From Escherichia coli (GTDB lineage: Bacteria > Pseudomonadota > Gammaproteobacteria > Enterobacterales > Enterobacteriaceae), in NCBI RefSeq assembly GCF_024223415.1, contig NZ_CP100500.1: a DNA stretch of 64,000 nt; one strand, 5' to 3'. The position numbers and the translations under genes are program-made. Shown here in pieces: positions 10,813-22,076 of this stretch (positions are counted from its first letter, which is position 1; every line of letters begins with the position of its first letter). The notes under the pieces were generated by a model. It was not told the DNA's origin. It saw only the letters and a list, made by a program, of their open reading frames with translations, and made no database searches.

Positions 10813-11715
10813 TCACATTTTGTTCGTCAATAAACATGCAGCGATTTCTTCCGGTTTGCTTACCCTCATACATTGCCCGGTTTGCTTACCCTCATACATT
10901 GCCCGGTCTGCTCTTCCAATGACCACATCCAGAGGCTCTTCAGGAAATGCGCGACTGACACCTGCTGTCACGGTAATGTTGATATGCCCTTCAGAATGTG
11001 TGATGGCATGGTTATCGACTAACTGGCAAATTCTGACACCTGCACGACATGCTTCTTCATCATTAGCCGCTTTGACAATAATGATAAATTCTTCGCCCCC
11101 GTAGCGATAAACCGTTTCGTAATCACGCGTCCAACTGGCTAAGTAAGTTGCCAGGGTGCGTAATACTACATCGCCGATTAAATGCCCGTAGGTATCATTA
11201 ACCAATTTAAATCGGTCAATATCCAACAACATTAAATAAAGATTCAGAGGCTCAGCGTTGCGTAACTGATGATCAAAGGATTCATCAAGAACCCGACGCC
11301 CCGGCAATCCCGTCAAAACATCCATATTGCTACGGATCGTCAGTAAATAAATTTTGTAATCGGTTAATGCCGCAGTAAAAGAAAGTAACCCTTCCTGAAA
11401 GGCGTCGAAATGCGCGCCCTGCCAGTGATTTTCAACAATAGCCAGCATTAATTCCCGACCACAGTTATGCATATGTTGATGGGCAGAATCCATTAGCCGA
11501 ACGTAAGGTAATTCATCGTTATCGAGTGGCCCCAGATGATCAATCCACCGACCAAACTGGCACAGTCCATAAGAATGGTTATCCGTTATTTCTGGCTTAC
11601 TGGCATCTCTCGCGACCACGCTGTGAAACATACTCACCAGCCACTGGTAGTGGGCATCGATAGCCTTATTGAGATTTAACAAGATGGCATCAATTTCCGT
11701 TGTCTTCTTGATCAT
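10813..11715 (-). CDS. dgcZ: Diguanylate cyclase DgcZ (YdeH; CZB zinc-sensor plus GGDEF), with frameshifted C-terminus
   Basis: Recognised CZB and GGDEF sequence; start taken at MIKKTTEIDAI; last 20 residues (QCMRVSKPEEIAACLLTNKM) replace the expected GRNRCMFIDEQNVINRV because of a 26-bp tandem duplication. Confidence 0.85.
   Translation of the reverse strand: MIKKTTEIDAILLNLNKAIDAHYQWLVSMFHSVVARDASKPEITDNHSYGLCQFGRWIDHLGPLDNDELPYVRLMDSAHQHMHNCGRELMLAIVENHWQGAHFDAFQEGLLSFTAALTDYKIYLLTIRSNMDVLTGLPGRRVLDESFDHQLRNAEPLNLYLMLLDIDRFKLVNDTYGHLIGDVVLRTLATYLASWTRDYETVYRYGGEEFIIIVKAANDEEACRAGVRICQLVDNHAITHSEGHINITVTAGVSRAFPEEPLDVVIGRADRAMYEGKQTGQCMRVSKPEEIAACLLTNKM
10855..10906. repeat. Perfect 26-bp tandem duplication (2 copies of tttgcttaccctcatacattgcccgg) inside the 3' end of dgcZ
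   Basis: Read directly; unit length not divisible by 3; removing one copy restores the GGDEF C-terminal GRNR motif. Confidence 0.85.
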
Positions 11716-11969
11716 TGCCACTCCTTTTTCACAGTTCCTTGTGCGCGCTATTCTAACGAGAGAAAAGCAAAATTACGTCAATATTTTCATAGAAATCCGA
11801 AGTTATGATTCATCTCTGAGATAACATTGTGATTTAAAACAAAATCAGCGGATAAAAAAGTGTTTAATTCTGTAAATTACCTCTGCATTATCGTAAATAA
11901 AAGGATGACAAAAAGCATAACCCAATACCCTAATGGCCCAGTAGTTCAGGCCATCGGGCTAATTTATTT

Positions 11970-12362
11970 TTATTTCTGCAAATGAGTGACCCGAACGACG
12001 GCCGGCGCGCTTTTCTTATCCAGACTGCCGCTAATGTTGATCATCTGGTCCGGCTGAACTTCTCGTCCATCAAAAACGGCCGCAGGAATAACAACATTAA
12101 TTTCACCGCTCTTATCGCGAAAAACGTAACGGTCCTCTCCTTTGTGAGAAATCAAATTACCGCGTAGTGAAACCGAAGCGCCATCGTGCATGGTTTTTGC
12201 GAAATCAACGGTCATTTTTTTTGCATCATCGGTTCCGCGATAGCCATCTTCTATTGCATGAGGCGGCGGTGGCGCTGCATCCTGTTTTAAACCGCCCTGG
12301 TCATCTGCCAACGCATAAGGCATGACAAGAAAACTTGCTAATACAATGGCCTGAAATTTCAT
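11970..12362 (-). CDS. ydeI: Periplasmic OB-fold (BOF/YgiW family) protein YdeI, 130 aa
   Basis: Signal peptide then OB-fold-like sequence; recognised. Confidence 0.85.
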
Positions 12363-12637
12363 ACTGACTCCTTAATTGCGTTTGGTTTGACTTATTAAGT
12401 CTGGTTGCTATTTTTATAATTGCCAAATAAGAATACTGCCAATTGTTATAAGGCATTTAAAATCAGCCAACTAGCTGTCAAATATTCAGAGAATTTAACT
12501 CACTAAAGTTAAGAAGATTGAAGAGTCTTAAACATATTTTCAGAATAATCGGATTTATATGTTTGAAAATTATTATATTGGACGAGCATACAGAAAAAGC
12601 AAATCACCTTTACATATAATAGCGTGGACAAAAAACA

Positions 12638-13156
12638 GTGAACATTAATAAAGATAAAATTGTACAACTCGCAGATACCGACACTATTGAAAACCTGACA
12701 TCCGCGTTGAGTCAAAGACTTATCGCGGATCAATTACGCTTAACTACCGCCGAATCATGCACCGGCGGTAAGTTGGCTAGCGCCCTGTGTGCAGCTGAAG
12801 ATACACCCAAATTTTACGGTGCAGGCTTTGTTACTTTCACCGATCAGGCAAAGATGAAAATCCTCAGCGTAAGCCAGCAATCTCTTGAACGATATTCTGC
12901 GGTGAGTGAGAAAGTGGCAGCAGAAATGGCAACCGGTGCCATAGAGCGTGCGGATGCTGATGTCAGTATTGCCATTACCGGCTACGGCGGACCGGAGGGC
13001 GGTGAAGATGGTACGCCAGCAGGCACCGTCTGGTTCGCGTGGCATATTAAAGGCCAGAACTACACTGCGGTTATGCATTTTGCTGGCGACTGCGAAACGG
13101 TATTAGCTTTAGCGGTGAGGTTTGCCCTCGCCCAGCTGCTGCAATTACTGCTATAA
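12638..13156 (+). CDS. ydeJ: CinA C-terminal domain protein YdeJ (PncC-like NMN deamidase fold), 172 aa
   Basis: CinA_C-like sequence; recognised. Confidence 0.8.
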   Translation: MNINKDKIVQLADTDTIENLTSALSQRLIADQLRLTTAESCTGGKLASALCAAEDTPKFYGAGFVTFTDQAKMKILSVSQQSLERYSAVSEKVAAEMATGAIERADADVSIAITGYGGPEGGEDGTPAGTVWFAWHIKGQNYTAVMHFAGDCETVLALAVRFALAQLLQLLL

Positions 13157-13200
13157 CCAGGCTGTCCTGGCGATATCTCCAGGACAGCCATTGGTGGTGT

Positions 13201-15246
13201 TTATATGTTCAAGCCACGATGTTGCAGCATCGGCATAATCTGAGGTGCCTTACCGCGCCATTGTCGATACAGGCGTTCCAGATCTTCGCTGTTACCTCTG
13301 GAAAGGATCGCCTCGCGAAAACGCAGCCCATTTTCACGCGTTAATCCGCCCTGCTCAACAAACCACTGATAACCATCATCGGCCAACATTTGCGTCCACA
13401 GATAAGCGTAATAACCTGCGGCATATCCGCCACCAAAAATATGGGCGAAATAACTGCTGCGATAGCGTGGCGGTATAGCAGGAAGATCCATATTTTCCGC
13501 CACCAGCGCCCGCAATTCGAAATCATCGACATCCTGCATTGCTTCGTTTTCTTCCAGGCAATGCCAGCGCATATCGAGAAGTGCGGCGCTAAGCAGTTCG
13601 CTCATCTCATACCCTTTGTTGAACAGGCTGGCATTACGCATTTTCTGTTGCAGTTCGTCAGGCATTGCTGCCCCGCTCTGATAATGCCGGGCGTAGCGAG
13701 CGAATACCTGCGGATGCGTTGCCCAGTGTTCGTTGATTTGCGACGGAAATTCGACAAAATCACGCGGCGTGTTGGTGCCGGAGAGCGTGGCATAACGCTG
13801 GCGGGCAAAAAGGCCGTGCAGCGTATGACCAAATTCATGGAATAAGGTTATGACATCATCCCAGAGTAACAACGCAGGCTCACCGGCAGCGGGTTTCTGA
13901 TAATTGCAGACGTTATAAATTACCGGATGCGTTTCATTAAGCGTTGATTGCTCAACAAAATTGCCCATCCATGCACCGCCGCTTTTTGAATCACGGGCGA
14001 AGAAATCACCGTAAAATAACGCCAGTCCCACGCCATTATGATCAAAAATCTCCCACACACGAACGTCAGGATGGTAGACAGGAATATCAAAACGTTCGAC
14101 AAACTTAATACCGAAGAGCTGATTCGCGGTCCAGAATACACCTTCATTCAACACCGTGTTTAATTCAAAATATGGCTTGAGCTGCGCCTCATCAAGATCA
14201 AATTTCTCTCGCCGGACCTGTTCGGCATAAAATGCCCAGTCCCACGGCTGCGCGCTAAACCCGCCCTGCTGCTTATCGATAACCGCCTGTATGGAGGCTA
14301 ATTCATCGCTCGCACGTTGACGCGCCGCTGGAACAATTTCCCGCATAAAGTTAAGTGCTGCTTCAGGTGTTTTTGCCATCTGATCGGCGATTTTCCATGC
14401 GGCATAATGAGGAAAACCAAGTAGTGTTGCCTGTTGTGCACGGATCTCCACAAGACGTTGAATGATAGCGCGGGTATCATTGGCATCATTTTTTTCCGCT
14501 CGCGTCCAGCCCGCAATAAACAGTTTTTCACGCGTCGCACGATCGCGCATTTCGGCAAGCGCCGGTTGTTGGGTGGTATTCAGCAGCGGAATCAGCCATT
14601 TGTTATCCAAACCTTTCTCGCGAGCCGCCTCTGCCGCCAGCGCAATCTCTTGCTCACTCATTCCCGCCAGCTGCGCGATATCGTTCACAACCAGACCGCC
14701 GGATTTATTTGCTGCCAGTAACCGCTGGTTAAACTGACTGGTCAGTGTCGCAGCTTCTGTATTCAGTACTTTTAATTTTGCTTTATCAGCTTGTGCAAGT
14801 TTGGCTCCGGCTAGGACAAAACGTTGATGAATCACCTCCACCAGGCGGATGGATTCACTATCAAGCCCCAGAGATTCACGGCGTTGCCAGACAGCATCTA
14901 CCCGCGCGAATAATTCACTGTTCAGATAGATATCATTAGCCAGTTCCGCCAGTTCAGCGGAAAACTGTTCATCAAGACGCTGTAATTCATCATTGGTATG
15001 CGCCGCAGTCATCGCAAAAAAGACGCTGGTAACGCGGGTAAGTAATTCTCCGCTTTGTTCCAGTGCCAGAATAGTATTGTTGAAATCAGGTGTTTGCGGG
15101 TTAAGCGCGATGGCAGCAATTTCTGCCCGCTTTTGCTGTATTCCCTCATCGAATGCCGGGCGATAGTGATGATTGGCAATTTGATCAAAATGAGGAGCCA
15201 GATACGGCAGTGTGCTTTGCACAAGGAAAGGATTCATTGTTGTCAT
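13201..15246 (-). CDS. dcp: Dipeptidyl carboxypeptidase II Dcp (M3 metallopeptidase, HEFGH motif), 681 aa
   Basis: HEFGHTLH zinc motif present; start set at MTTMNPFLVQ (ATG 15246). Confidence 0.9.
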   Translation of the reverse strand: MTTMNPFLVQSTLPYLAPHFDQIANHHYRPAFDEGIQQKRAEIAAIALNPQTPDFNNTILALEQSGELLTRVTSVFFAMTAAHTNDELQRLDEQFSAELAELANDIYLNSELFARVDAVWQRRESLGLDSESIRLVEVIHQRFVLAGAKLAQADKAKLKVLNTEAATLTSQFNQRLLAANKSGGLVVNDIAQLAGMSEQEIALAAEAAREKGLDNKWLIPLLNTTQQPALAEMRDRATREKLFIAGWTRAEKNDANDTRAIIQRLVEIRAQQATLLGFPHYAAWKIADQMAKTPEAALNFMREIVPAARQRASDELASIQAVIDKQQGGFSAQPWDWAFYAEQVRREKFDLDEAQLKPYFELNTVLNEGVFWTANQLFGIKFVERFDIPVYHPDVRVWEIFDHNGVGLALFYGDFFARDSKSGGAWMGNFVEQSTLNETHPVIYNVCNYQKPAAGEPALLLWDDVITLFHEFGHTLHGLFARQRYATLSGTNTPRDFVEFPSQINEHWATHPQVFARYARHYQSGAAMPDELQQKMRNASLFNKGYEMSELLSAALLDMRWHCLEENEAMQDVDDFELRALVAENMDLPAIPPRYRSSYFAHIFGGGYAAGYYAYLWTQMLADDGYQWFVEQGGLTRENGLRFREAILSRGNSEDLERLYRQWRGKAPQIMPMLQHRGLNI

Positions 15247-15382
15247 TTTCTTCTCCTGAACGCGAGGTGTTCCATAGCGTAGGCTTACTGATAACGGAGT
15301 GCAATCTTGCAAACCAGTATTACCCGCTCTTAAGCATCCCGTGCTATGTTATTGACACACAAAAGCGTTGAGGAACAGTGAG

Positions 15383-16129
15383 ATGATCGTTTTAGTAACT
15401 GGAGCAACGGCAGGTTTTGGTGAATGCATTACTCGTCGTTTTATTCAACAAGGGCATAAAGTTATCGCCACTGGCCGTCGCCAGGAACGGTTGCAGGAGT
15501 TAAAAGACGAACTGGGAGATAATCTGTATATCGCCCAACTGGACGTTCGCAACCGTGCCGCTATTGAAGAGATGCTGGCATCGCTCCCTGCCGAGTGGAG
15601 CAATATTGATATCCTGGTAAATAATGCCGGCCTGGCGTTGGGCATGGAGCCTGCGCATAAAGCCAGCGTTGAAGACTGGGAAACGATGATTGATACCAAC
15701 AATAAAGGCCTGGTATATATGACGCGCGCCGTCTTACCGGGTATGGTTGAACGTAATCATGGTCATATTATTAACATTGGCTCAACGGCAGGCAGCTGGC
15801 CGTATGCCGGTGGTAACGTTTACGGTGCGACGAAAGCCTTTGTTCGTCAGTTTAGCCTGAATCTGCGTACGGACCTGCATGGTACGGCGGTGCGCGTCAC
15901 CGACATCGAACCGGGTCTGGTGGGTGGCACCGAGTTTTCCAATGTCCGCTTTAAAGGCGATGACGGTAAAGCGGAAAAAACCTATCAAAATACCGTTGCA
16001 TTAACGCCAGAAGATGTCAGCGAAGCCGTCTGGTGGGTGTCAACGCTGCCTGCTCACGTCAATATCAATACCCTGGAAATGATGCCGGTTACCCAAAGCT
16101 ATGCCGGGCTGAATGTCCACCGTCAGTAA
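15383..16129 (+). CDS. ydfG: NADP-dependent 3-hydroxy acid dehydrogenase YdfG (SDR family), 248 aa
   Basis: TGATAGFG Rossmann motif and YxxxK active site; start at MIVLVTGA. Confidence 0.9.
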   Translation: MIVLVTGATAGFGECITRRFIQQGHKVIATGRRQERLQELKDELGDNLYIAQLDVRNRAAIEEMLASLPAEWSNIDILVNNAGLALGMEPAHKASVEDWETMIDTNNKGLVYMTRAVLPGMVERNHGHIINIGSTAGSWPYAGGNVYGATKAFVRQFSLNLRTDLHGTAVRVTDIEPGLVGGTEFSNVRFKGDDGKAEKTYQNTVALTPEDVSEAVWWVSTLPAHVNINTLEMMPVTQSYAGLNVHRQ

Positions 16130-16217
16130 TTTTTATACCCGGCGTAACTGCCGGGTTATTGCTTGTCATAAAAAAGTGGTAGACTCATGCAGTTAACTCA
16201 CTCACAAGCAAGAACGA

Positions 16218-16904
16218 ATGACCGTCGAAACGCAACTTAATCCCACACAGCCTGTCAATCAGCAGATTTATCGTATCCTTCGTCGCGACATTGTCCATTG
16301 CCTGATTGCCCCAGGCACACCGTTGTCGGAAAAAGAAGTTTCTGTTCGTTTCAATGTGTCTCGCCAGCCGGTTCGTGAAGCCTTTATTAAACTGGCGGAA
16401 AACGGCCTGATTCAAATTCGTCCGCAGCGTGGCAGCTACGTCAACAAAATTTCCATGTCCCAGGTGCGCAACGGCAGTTTTATCCGTCAGGCCATTGAGT
16501 GCGCGGTGGCGCGTCGGGCGGCGAGCATGATTACCGAAAGCCAGTGCTACCAACTGGAACAAAATCTTCACCAGCAACGCATTGCCATTGAGCGCAAGCA
16601 ACTGGATGATTTTTTTGAACTTGATGACAACTTCCATCAACTCCTGACGCAGATTGCCGACTGTCAACTGGCGTGGGATACCATTGAGAACCTGAAAGCG
16701 ACCGTTGATCGCGTGCGCTATATGAGTTTCGACCACGTTTCTCCACCAGAAATGCTGTTACGCCAGCATCTTGATATTTTCTCTGCCCTGCAAAAACGTG
16801 ATGGCGATGCGGTAGAACGTGCAATGACGCAACATTTGCAGGAAATCAGCGAATCCGTGCGCCAGATCCGCCAGGAAAACAGCGACTGGTTTAGCGAAGA
16901 GTAA
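16218..16904 (+). CDS. ydfH: GntR/FadR-family transcriptional regulator YdfH, 228 aa
   Basis: N-terminal GntR HTH plus FCD domain. Confidence 0.85.
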   Translation: MTVETQLNPTQPVNQQIYRILRRDIVHCLIAPGTPLSEKEVSVRFNVSRQPVREAFIKLAENGLIQIRPQRGSYVNKISMSQVRNGSFIRQAIECAVARRAASMITESQCYQLEQNLHQQRIAIERKQLDDFFELDDNFHQLLTQIADCQLAWDTIENLKATVDRVRYMSFDHVSPPEMLLRQHLDIFSALQKRDGDAVERAMTQHLQEISESVRQIRQENSDWFSEE

Positions 16905-16912
16905 TTCATTTA

Positions 16913-16940
16913 CTCTCATCCCATTCGGGATGAGAGTCTT
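16913..16940 (+). terminator. Terminator hairpin after ydfH
   Basis: CTCTCATCCC-attc-GGGATGAGAG stem followed by TCTTTT. Confidence 0.5.
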
Positions 16941-17080
16941 TTCCCCCGCCTTATGGCTCATGCATGCATCAAAAAAGATGTGAGATTGATCAAAAACAAA
17001 AAATATTTCACTCGACAGGAGTATTTATATTGCGCCCGTTACGTGGGCTTCGACTGTAAATCAGAAAGGAGAAAACACCT

Positions 17081-17284
17081 ATGACGACCTACGATCGTAA
17101 CCGTAACGCAATCACCACTGGCAGCCGTGTTATGGTTAGCGGCACCGGTCACACTGGCAAGATCCTGTCGATTGATACTGAAGGTCTGACCGCTGAGCAA
17201 ATCCGCCGCGGAAAAACCGTAGTTGTTGAAGGTTGTGAAGAGAAACTGGCACCTCTGGACCTGATTCGTCTCGGCATGAACTAA
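17081..17284 (+). CDS. ydfZ: YdfZ (KOW-like small protein, FNR regulon), 67 aa
   Basis: Strong AGGAGA SD; recognised sequence. Confidence 0.85.
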
Positions 17285-17293
17285 GCGTGTGAA

Positions 17294-17321
17294 TGCCGCC
17301 GATGGCGGCATTGCTTTTTTT
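17294..17321 (+). terminator. Rho-independent terminator of ydfZ
   Basis: TGCCGCC-gat-GGCGGCA stem followed by TTGCTTTTTTT. Confidence 0.55.
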
Positions 17322-18780
17322 ACTTCACGGAATATTTCGCCACGGTCGCTTTCGCGCCATGCGCTAATAAAGACAAGTACGCTTCCGTCACTTTTGCAGT
17401 AAACAAGCTATTGTCTGGCAAATCATCACCAAAGATTGCCTTAATCGCCAGCAATGACTGGACGCGCGCTTTCCCTTCGGCACTACTTTGTACAGCCTTC
17501 TGAATAACAGGTAACAGTGGGTCACTGATTTCTATCGGATTTCCCTGTTCATCAACACCACCGACATAACGCATCCAACCCGCGACGCCCAGCGCCAGCA
17601 GATCGAACTTGCTGTCATGCGCCAGATGCCAGCGAACAGAATCCAACATCCGCTGTGGCAATTTCTGGCTGCCATCCATCGCAATCTGCCAGGTTCGATG
17701 ACGTAACGCCGGGTTGCTATAGCGTTCAATTAATCGGTTAGCGTAATCTTGCAAATCAACGCCCTGCACTTTCAGCGTCGGCGCTTGTTCCTGCAACATC
17801 AAGCCATACGCCGCATAACGATAATGTTCATCTTCCATACAGTCATTAATGTGCTGATATCCGGCAAGATAACCCAAATACGCCAGGAATGAATGACTGC
17901 CGTTGAGCATGCGCAACTTCATCTCTTCATAAGGCAGCACATCACTAACCAGTTCGGCTCCCGCTTTTTCCCATTCCGGACGTCCGGCAACAAAGTTATC
18001 TTCGATTACCCACTGGCGGAAAGGTTCACAGGCAACGCCCGCAGGATCGCGCACACCGGTAAGTTGTTCGATTTTCGCCAGCGTATCCTCTGTCACTGCG
18101 GGCACAATACGGTCCACCATTGTTGATGGGAAAGTCACGTTATCTTCGATCCATTGTGCCAGTTTTACATCAACGGCTTGCGCGTAGGAAGTGACAACGT
18201 CACGCATAACATGACCGTTTTCTGGCATGTTGTCACATGACATGACGGTAAATGCGGGAAGTCCTGCCGCTTTACGGCGAGCCAGCGCCTCAACAATCAC
18301 CCCTGTTGCTGTTTTCGGCTGGTGGGGATTTTGCACGTCGGCAACGACCATCGGGTGATCGAGCATTAACTGTCCGGTCGCCGGAGAGTGGAAATACCCT
18401 TTTTCGGTGATTGTCAGAGAGACAATCGCGATTTGTGGTTCACACATCGCAGCCAACACGGTTTCTAAGCCATCCATCTGTACGTGCAAGGCTTTTTTAA
18501 CGACGCCAACGACGCGAGCCGTCCACGCATCGGCCGACATTTCCGCAACGGTATAAAGATTATCTTGCTGTTGTAAATCGGCAATTTGCTGTTCGCCACC
18601 GATTAAGTTGACCTCATAATATCCCCAGTCACTGAAATGTTCTGTAGCAAGAATATCGGCATACACGCCCTGATGCGCACGGTGAAATGCACCAAAGCCT
18701 AAATGAACAATCCTTGGGGCCAGGTTATTACGATTATAAACAGGGAGTGTCGCTTTTGCTGATAACAAATTATTTCCCAT
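17320..18780 (-). CDS. ydfI: Mannitol dehydrogenase-family oxidoreductase YdfI, 486 aa
   Basis: Long-chain mannitol/mannonate dehydrogenase family sequence. Confidence 0.85.
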   Translation of the reverse strand: MGNNLLSAKATLPVYNRNNLAPRIVHLGFGAFHRAHQGVYADILATEHFSDWGYYEVNLIGGEQQIADLQQQDNLYTVAEMSADAWTARVVGVVKKALHVQMDGLETVLAAMCEPQIAIVSLTITEKGYFHSPATGQLMLDHPMVVADVQNPHQPKTATGVIVEALARRKAAGLPAFTVMSCDNMPENGHVMRDVVTSYAQAVDVKLAQWIEDNVTFPSTMVDRIVPAVTEDTLAKIEQLTGVRDPAGVACEPFRQWVIEDNFVAGRPEWEKAGAELVSDVLPYEEMKLRMLNGSHSFLAYLGYLAGYQHINDCMEDEHYRYAAYGLMLQEQAPTLKVQGVDLQDYANRLIERYSNPALRHRTWQIAMDGSQKLPQRMLDSVRWHLAHDSKFDLLALGVAGWMRYVGGVDEQGNPIEISDPLLPVIQKAVQSSAEGKARVQSLLAIKAIFGDDLPDNSLFTAKVTEAYLSLLAHGAKATVAKYSVK

Positions 18781-18868
18781 AACAATTCCTTAAATATAAA
18801 TATGGCAAGCTACATGTTTTGTTATATGAAGAAAAATCCCCTCTCCGGTAAGAGAAGGGATTGAGGAT

Positions 18869-20152
18869 TTACAGACTTCTGGAAGGTTGCGCAGCTCTTA
18901 CAACACGCGGTTGATCTTCCGCAGCGTCTTCCAGCGCACTTAAATCACGGTCTTTCACTTCTGGCATTTTCAGCGCAGAGATTAAACCAATCACTGAATA
19001 TGCCATGATCATAATGGCGATCGGATACCAGGATTCCGTCATGGTGCAGAAAATACCCGCCAGGATAGGACCAAAACCGGAAGCGATAAGACCACCAATT
19101 TCTTTAGAAATAGCCATCCGGGTAAAACGGTTTTTACAACCGAACATTTCTGCCATGGTAATGTTTTCCAGAGCAAATAATCCCAGCACCGCACAGTTAT
19201 GAATCACAATCAGTGCAACCATAATGGTGCTCGGGGCATAGCTTTTATCTACGATGATAGAAAGCATTGGCCATGCCAGCACAATCGCAGAGGTATTCAT
19301 AATAATATACGGGATCCGGCGACCAATTTTATCGGATAACCAACCAAGGAACGGAATGGTCATAAAGCCGAGAATCGAACTGATCATCAATGCATCTGTT
19401 GGAATTGCTTTGTTAAACAATAACGTCTGTACTAAATAGCCTGCAAGGAAAGTCTGAATTAACCCGGAGTTACCTGCCTGACCAAAACGCAGTCCTGTTG
19501 CCAGCCAGAAGGATTTGCTCTGGAACATGCTACCAGCAGGTGCAGGTTTTGCTGTCGGTTGGTTGCTGTCGTTAACCTTCTCAAAGACCGGGCTTTCTTT
19601 CAGATTCATACGCAACCAGATAGCAAAGACCATCACGACAACGCTCGCCAGGAACGGTATACGCCATCCCCACGCCAGCAGTTCCTCTTTACTGAGAATG
19701 AAGAACATAAAGGCCCAGATTGCCGTTGCGCTCAAGGTTCCGCAGTTAGTTCCCATAGCTACAAATGAGGAGATAATTCCGCGCTTACCTTTTGGCGCAT
19801 ATTCCGCCAGCATCGTACCGGCACCGGAAATTTCCGCACCTGCACCCAACCCCTGAATAATACGCAGCGTCACCAGCAAGATGGGTGCAAAAACACCAAT
19901 CTGTGCATAGGTCGGTAACACACCAATTAAGGTGGTACAGATCCCCATCATGGTGATGGTAATAAAGAGCACTTTTTTACGCCCTATTCTGTCGCCCATT
20001 TTGCCGAAAATAAATGCTCCGACAATACGCGCCACATAACCTGCACCGTAGGTTCCCATTGCCAGAATTAACGCCATTGCCGTTGATGATTCAGGAAAAA
20101 ATATTTCATGAAACACTAACGCTGCGCCGAGCGAATATAACTGGAAATCCAT
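18869..20152 (-). pseudogene. ydfJ: MFS (metabolite:H+ symporter family) transporter YdfJ, 5'-truncated at the prophage junction
   Basis: ORF begins MDFQLYSLGAAL, i.e. inside the conserved TM1 W-(F/Y)-D-F motif of MHS transporters; about 25-30 N-terminal residues missing; sequence character changes at about 20153. Confidence 0.7.
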
Positions 20153-20753
20153 AATTCACAGGTGTTTTTTCCCATCCTGTGGTTTCCTTGGCGTTTTCTA
20201 GGTTTTTTCAGATAGTTGCATTTTTTTAAAAGCATCCTAAGTTCGATCTCAGTGTCTATCTGGGGCCTATTTCTGTCCCATATATGCCCCAAAAAACTCC
20301 CCAACAGATAAGTAGTTTTTTCATGGATTTACGCGTAAAATCAATAACGGCTGGAAATCATTCAATACTCGCACTATCGAAAAATTTACCAGCCAACCGC
20401 AGCACGTTCTTGCATAAGGTGTGTCTGCGGTTTTTCAACTATTCAGATACATCACTCCCATCACATTCATTCCTCCACATCAAAGGCATATAGGCTATAT
20501 CACCTTGATATTTTTCTTCTTCAGATAAAAACTGTTATCTATGTATACTTTTAAACCCAATCCGTGTAGAGTCTCTGCATAAGATAGTTTGCAGTTGCCA
20601 CTTCAGATTGCGCCATAAACCGCCTGATTTTTGCCGCCACCTGTTAGCATTCCTGTATACCTGAAACGACAATGTTTATCTACGAACTTTAAGAACACCC
20701 AAGATAAAATTGTCAACTATATCATATATAACACATTACTAATTCGAGGCTAT

Positions 20754-20867
20754 ATGAACAGCATACTGATAATCACTTCTCTCCTTATCATATTCAGCAT
20801 TTTTAGTCATGCCCTAATAAAATTAGGGATTGGCATATCCAATAACCCAGACAAAACCGATGTATAA
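20754..20867 (+). CDS. Hypothetical small hydrophobic protein, 37 aa (single TM)
   Basis: ATG with GAGG SD; [37 protein letters not shown]; AT-rich prophage-end region. Confidence 0.3.
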
Positions 20868-20935
20868 GTCAACATATCCTGAATCAGACATACAATATCG
20901 CAATGAAAATCAATAATATTTTAAGGAATATCTTC

Positions 20936-21169
20936 ATGAAATCAAAAGACACCCTAAAGTGGTTCCCTGCGCAGCTTCCTGAAGTAAGAATTATCCTAGG
21001 GGATGCTGTAGTGGAAGTAGCAAAACAGGGAAGACCTATCAATACCAGAACATTGCTTGATTACATTGAAGGAAACATAAAGAAAAAATCATGGCTGGAT
21101 AACAAAGAATTATTACAAACAGCGATATCAGTTCTTAAAGACAACCAAAATTTAAATGGTAAAATGTAA
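20936..21169 (+). CDS. ydfK: Prophage protein YdfK (YnaE paralogue), 77 aa
   Basis: Start at MKSKDTLKWFPAQ with AAGGAA SD. Confidence 0.8.
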   Translation: MKSKDTLKWFPAQLPEVRIILGDAVVEVAKQGRPINTRTLLDYIEGNIKKKSWLDNKELLQTAISVLKDNQNLNGKM

Positions 21170-21485
21170 TATAATAAACTTACTTTTTTATCATTTTTCC
21201 ACTTTAACAACATTTTGCTCCACTTTTCCACGACCAAACAACTTGAAATCTGGTTAAAATAACACGCAACACTATTCTTCTTCCTTGAGTCCGCCCGGAA
21301 CTCGAAAAACAAACCGAGTTAAAGCCATTTTTCACAAAATCGATTTTGGGTCTCACCAAAGTTACGGGGTTGCATACGCATTCGTTTATTTTCGAACGTG
21401 TACATACAAATATGCACAAAAATAATCAAAATTATTTTCTGAGATGCATTATGATATGAACACCAATTTCGTATAGAGTCTCACT

Positions 21486-22076
21486 ATGTCTCGAATTTTT
21501 GCTTACTGTCGGATATCAACGCTGGATCAGACCACCGAAAATCAACGCCGGGAAATCGAAAGTGCAGGTTTTAAAATCAAACCTCAGCAAATAATCGAAG
21601 AACACATTAGCGGCTCAGCAGCAACCAGTGAGCGTCCTGGTTTTAACCGGTTGCTTGCTCGCCTGAAATGTGGTGATCAATTGATTGTGACAAAACTGGA
21701 TCGCCTTGGTTGTAATGCAATGGATATCAGGAAAACAGTGGAACAACTGACCGAAACAGGTATCAGAGTGCATTGCTTAGCATTGGGGGGCATTGACCTG
21801 ACCAGTCCAACAGGAAAAATGATGATGCACGTAATTTCAGCAGTCGCTGAATTTGAACGAGACCTTTTACTTGAACGAACTCATTCCGGGATAGTAAGAG
21901 CCCGCGGCGCAGGGAAACGTTTTGGTCGACCACCTGTGTTAAATGAAGAACAGAAACAGGTGGTATTCGAACGAATTAAGTCAGGTGTAAGTATAAGTGC
22001 CATTGCCCGGGAATTCAAAACCTCGCGGCAAACCATTTTAAGAGCCAAAGCAAAACTTCAGACACCTGACATATAA
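21486..22076 (+). CDS. pinQ: Serine-recombinase DNA invertase PinQ, 196 aa
   Basis: Resolvase/invertase N-terminal catalytic domain (YCRISTLDQ with active-site Ser) and C-terminal HTH. Confidence 0.9.
   Translation: MSRIFAYCRISTLDQTTENQRREIESAGFKIKPQQIIEEHISGSAATSERPGFNRLLARLKCGDQLIVTKLDRLGCNAMDIRKTVEQLTETGIRVHCLALGGIDLTSPTGKMMMHVISAVAEFERDLLLERTHSGIVRARGAGKRFGRPPVLNEEQKQVVFERIKSGVSISAIAREFKTSRQTILRAKAKLQTPDI

Noticed and set aside
16981-17000. Possible FNR/CRP-like half-palindrome (TGTGAgattgaTCAAA / TTGATCAAAAACAA) upstream of ydfZ
   Set aside because: Match to either consensus is partial and spacing to the putative -10 is uncertain; not confident enough to annotate.
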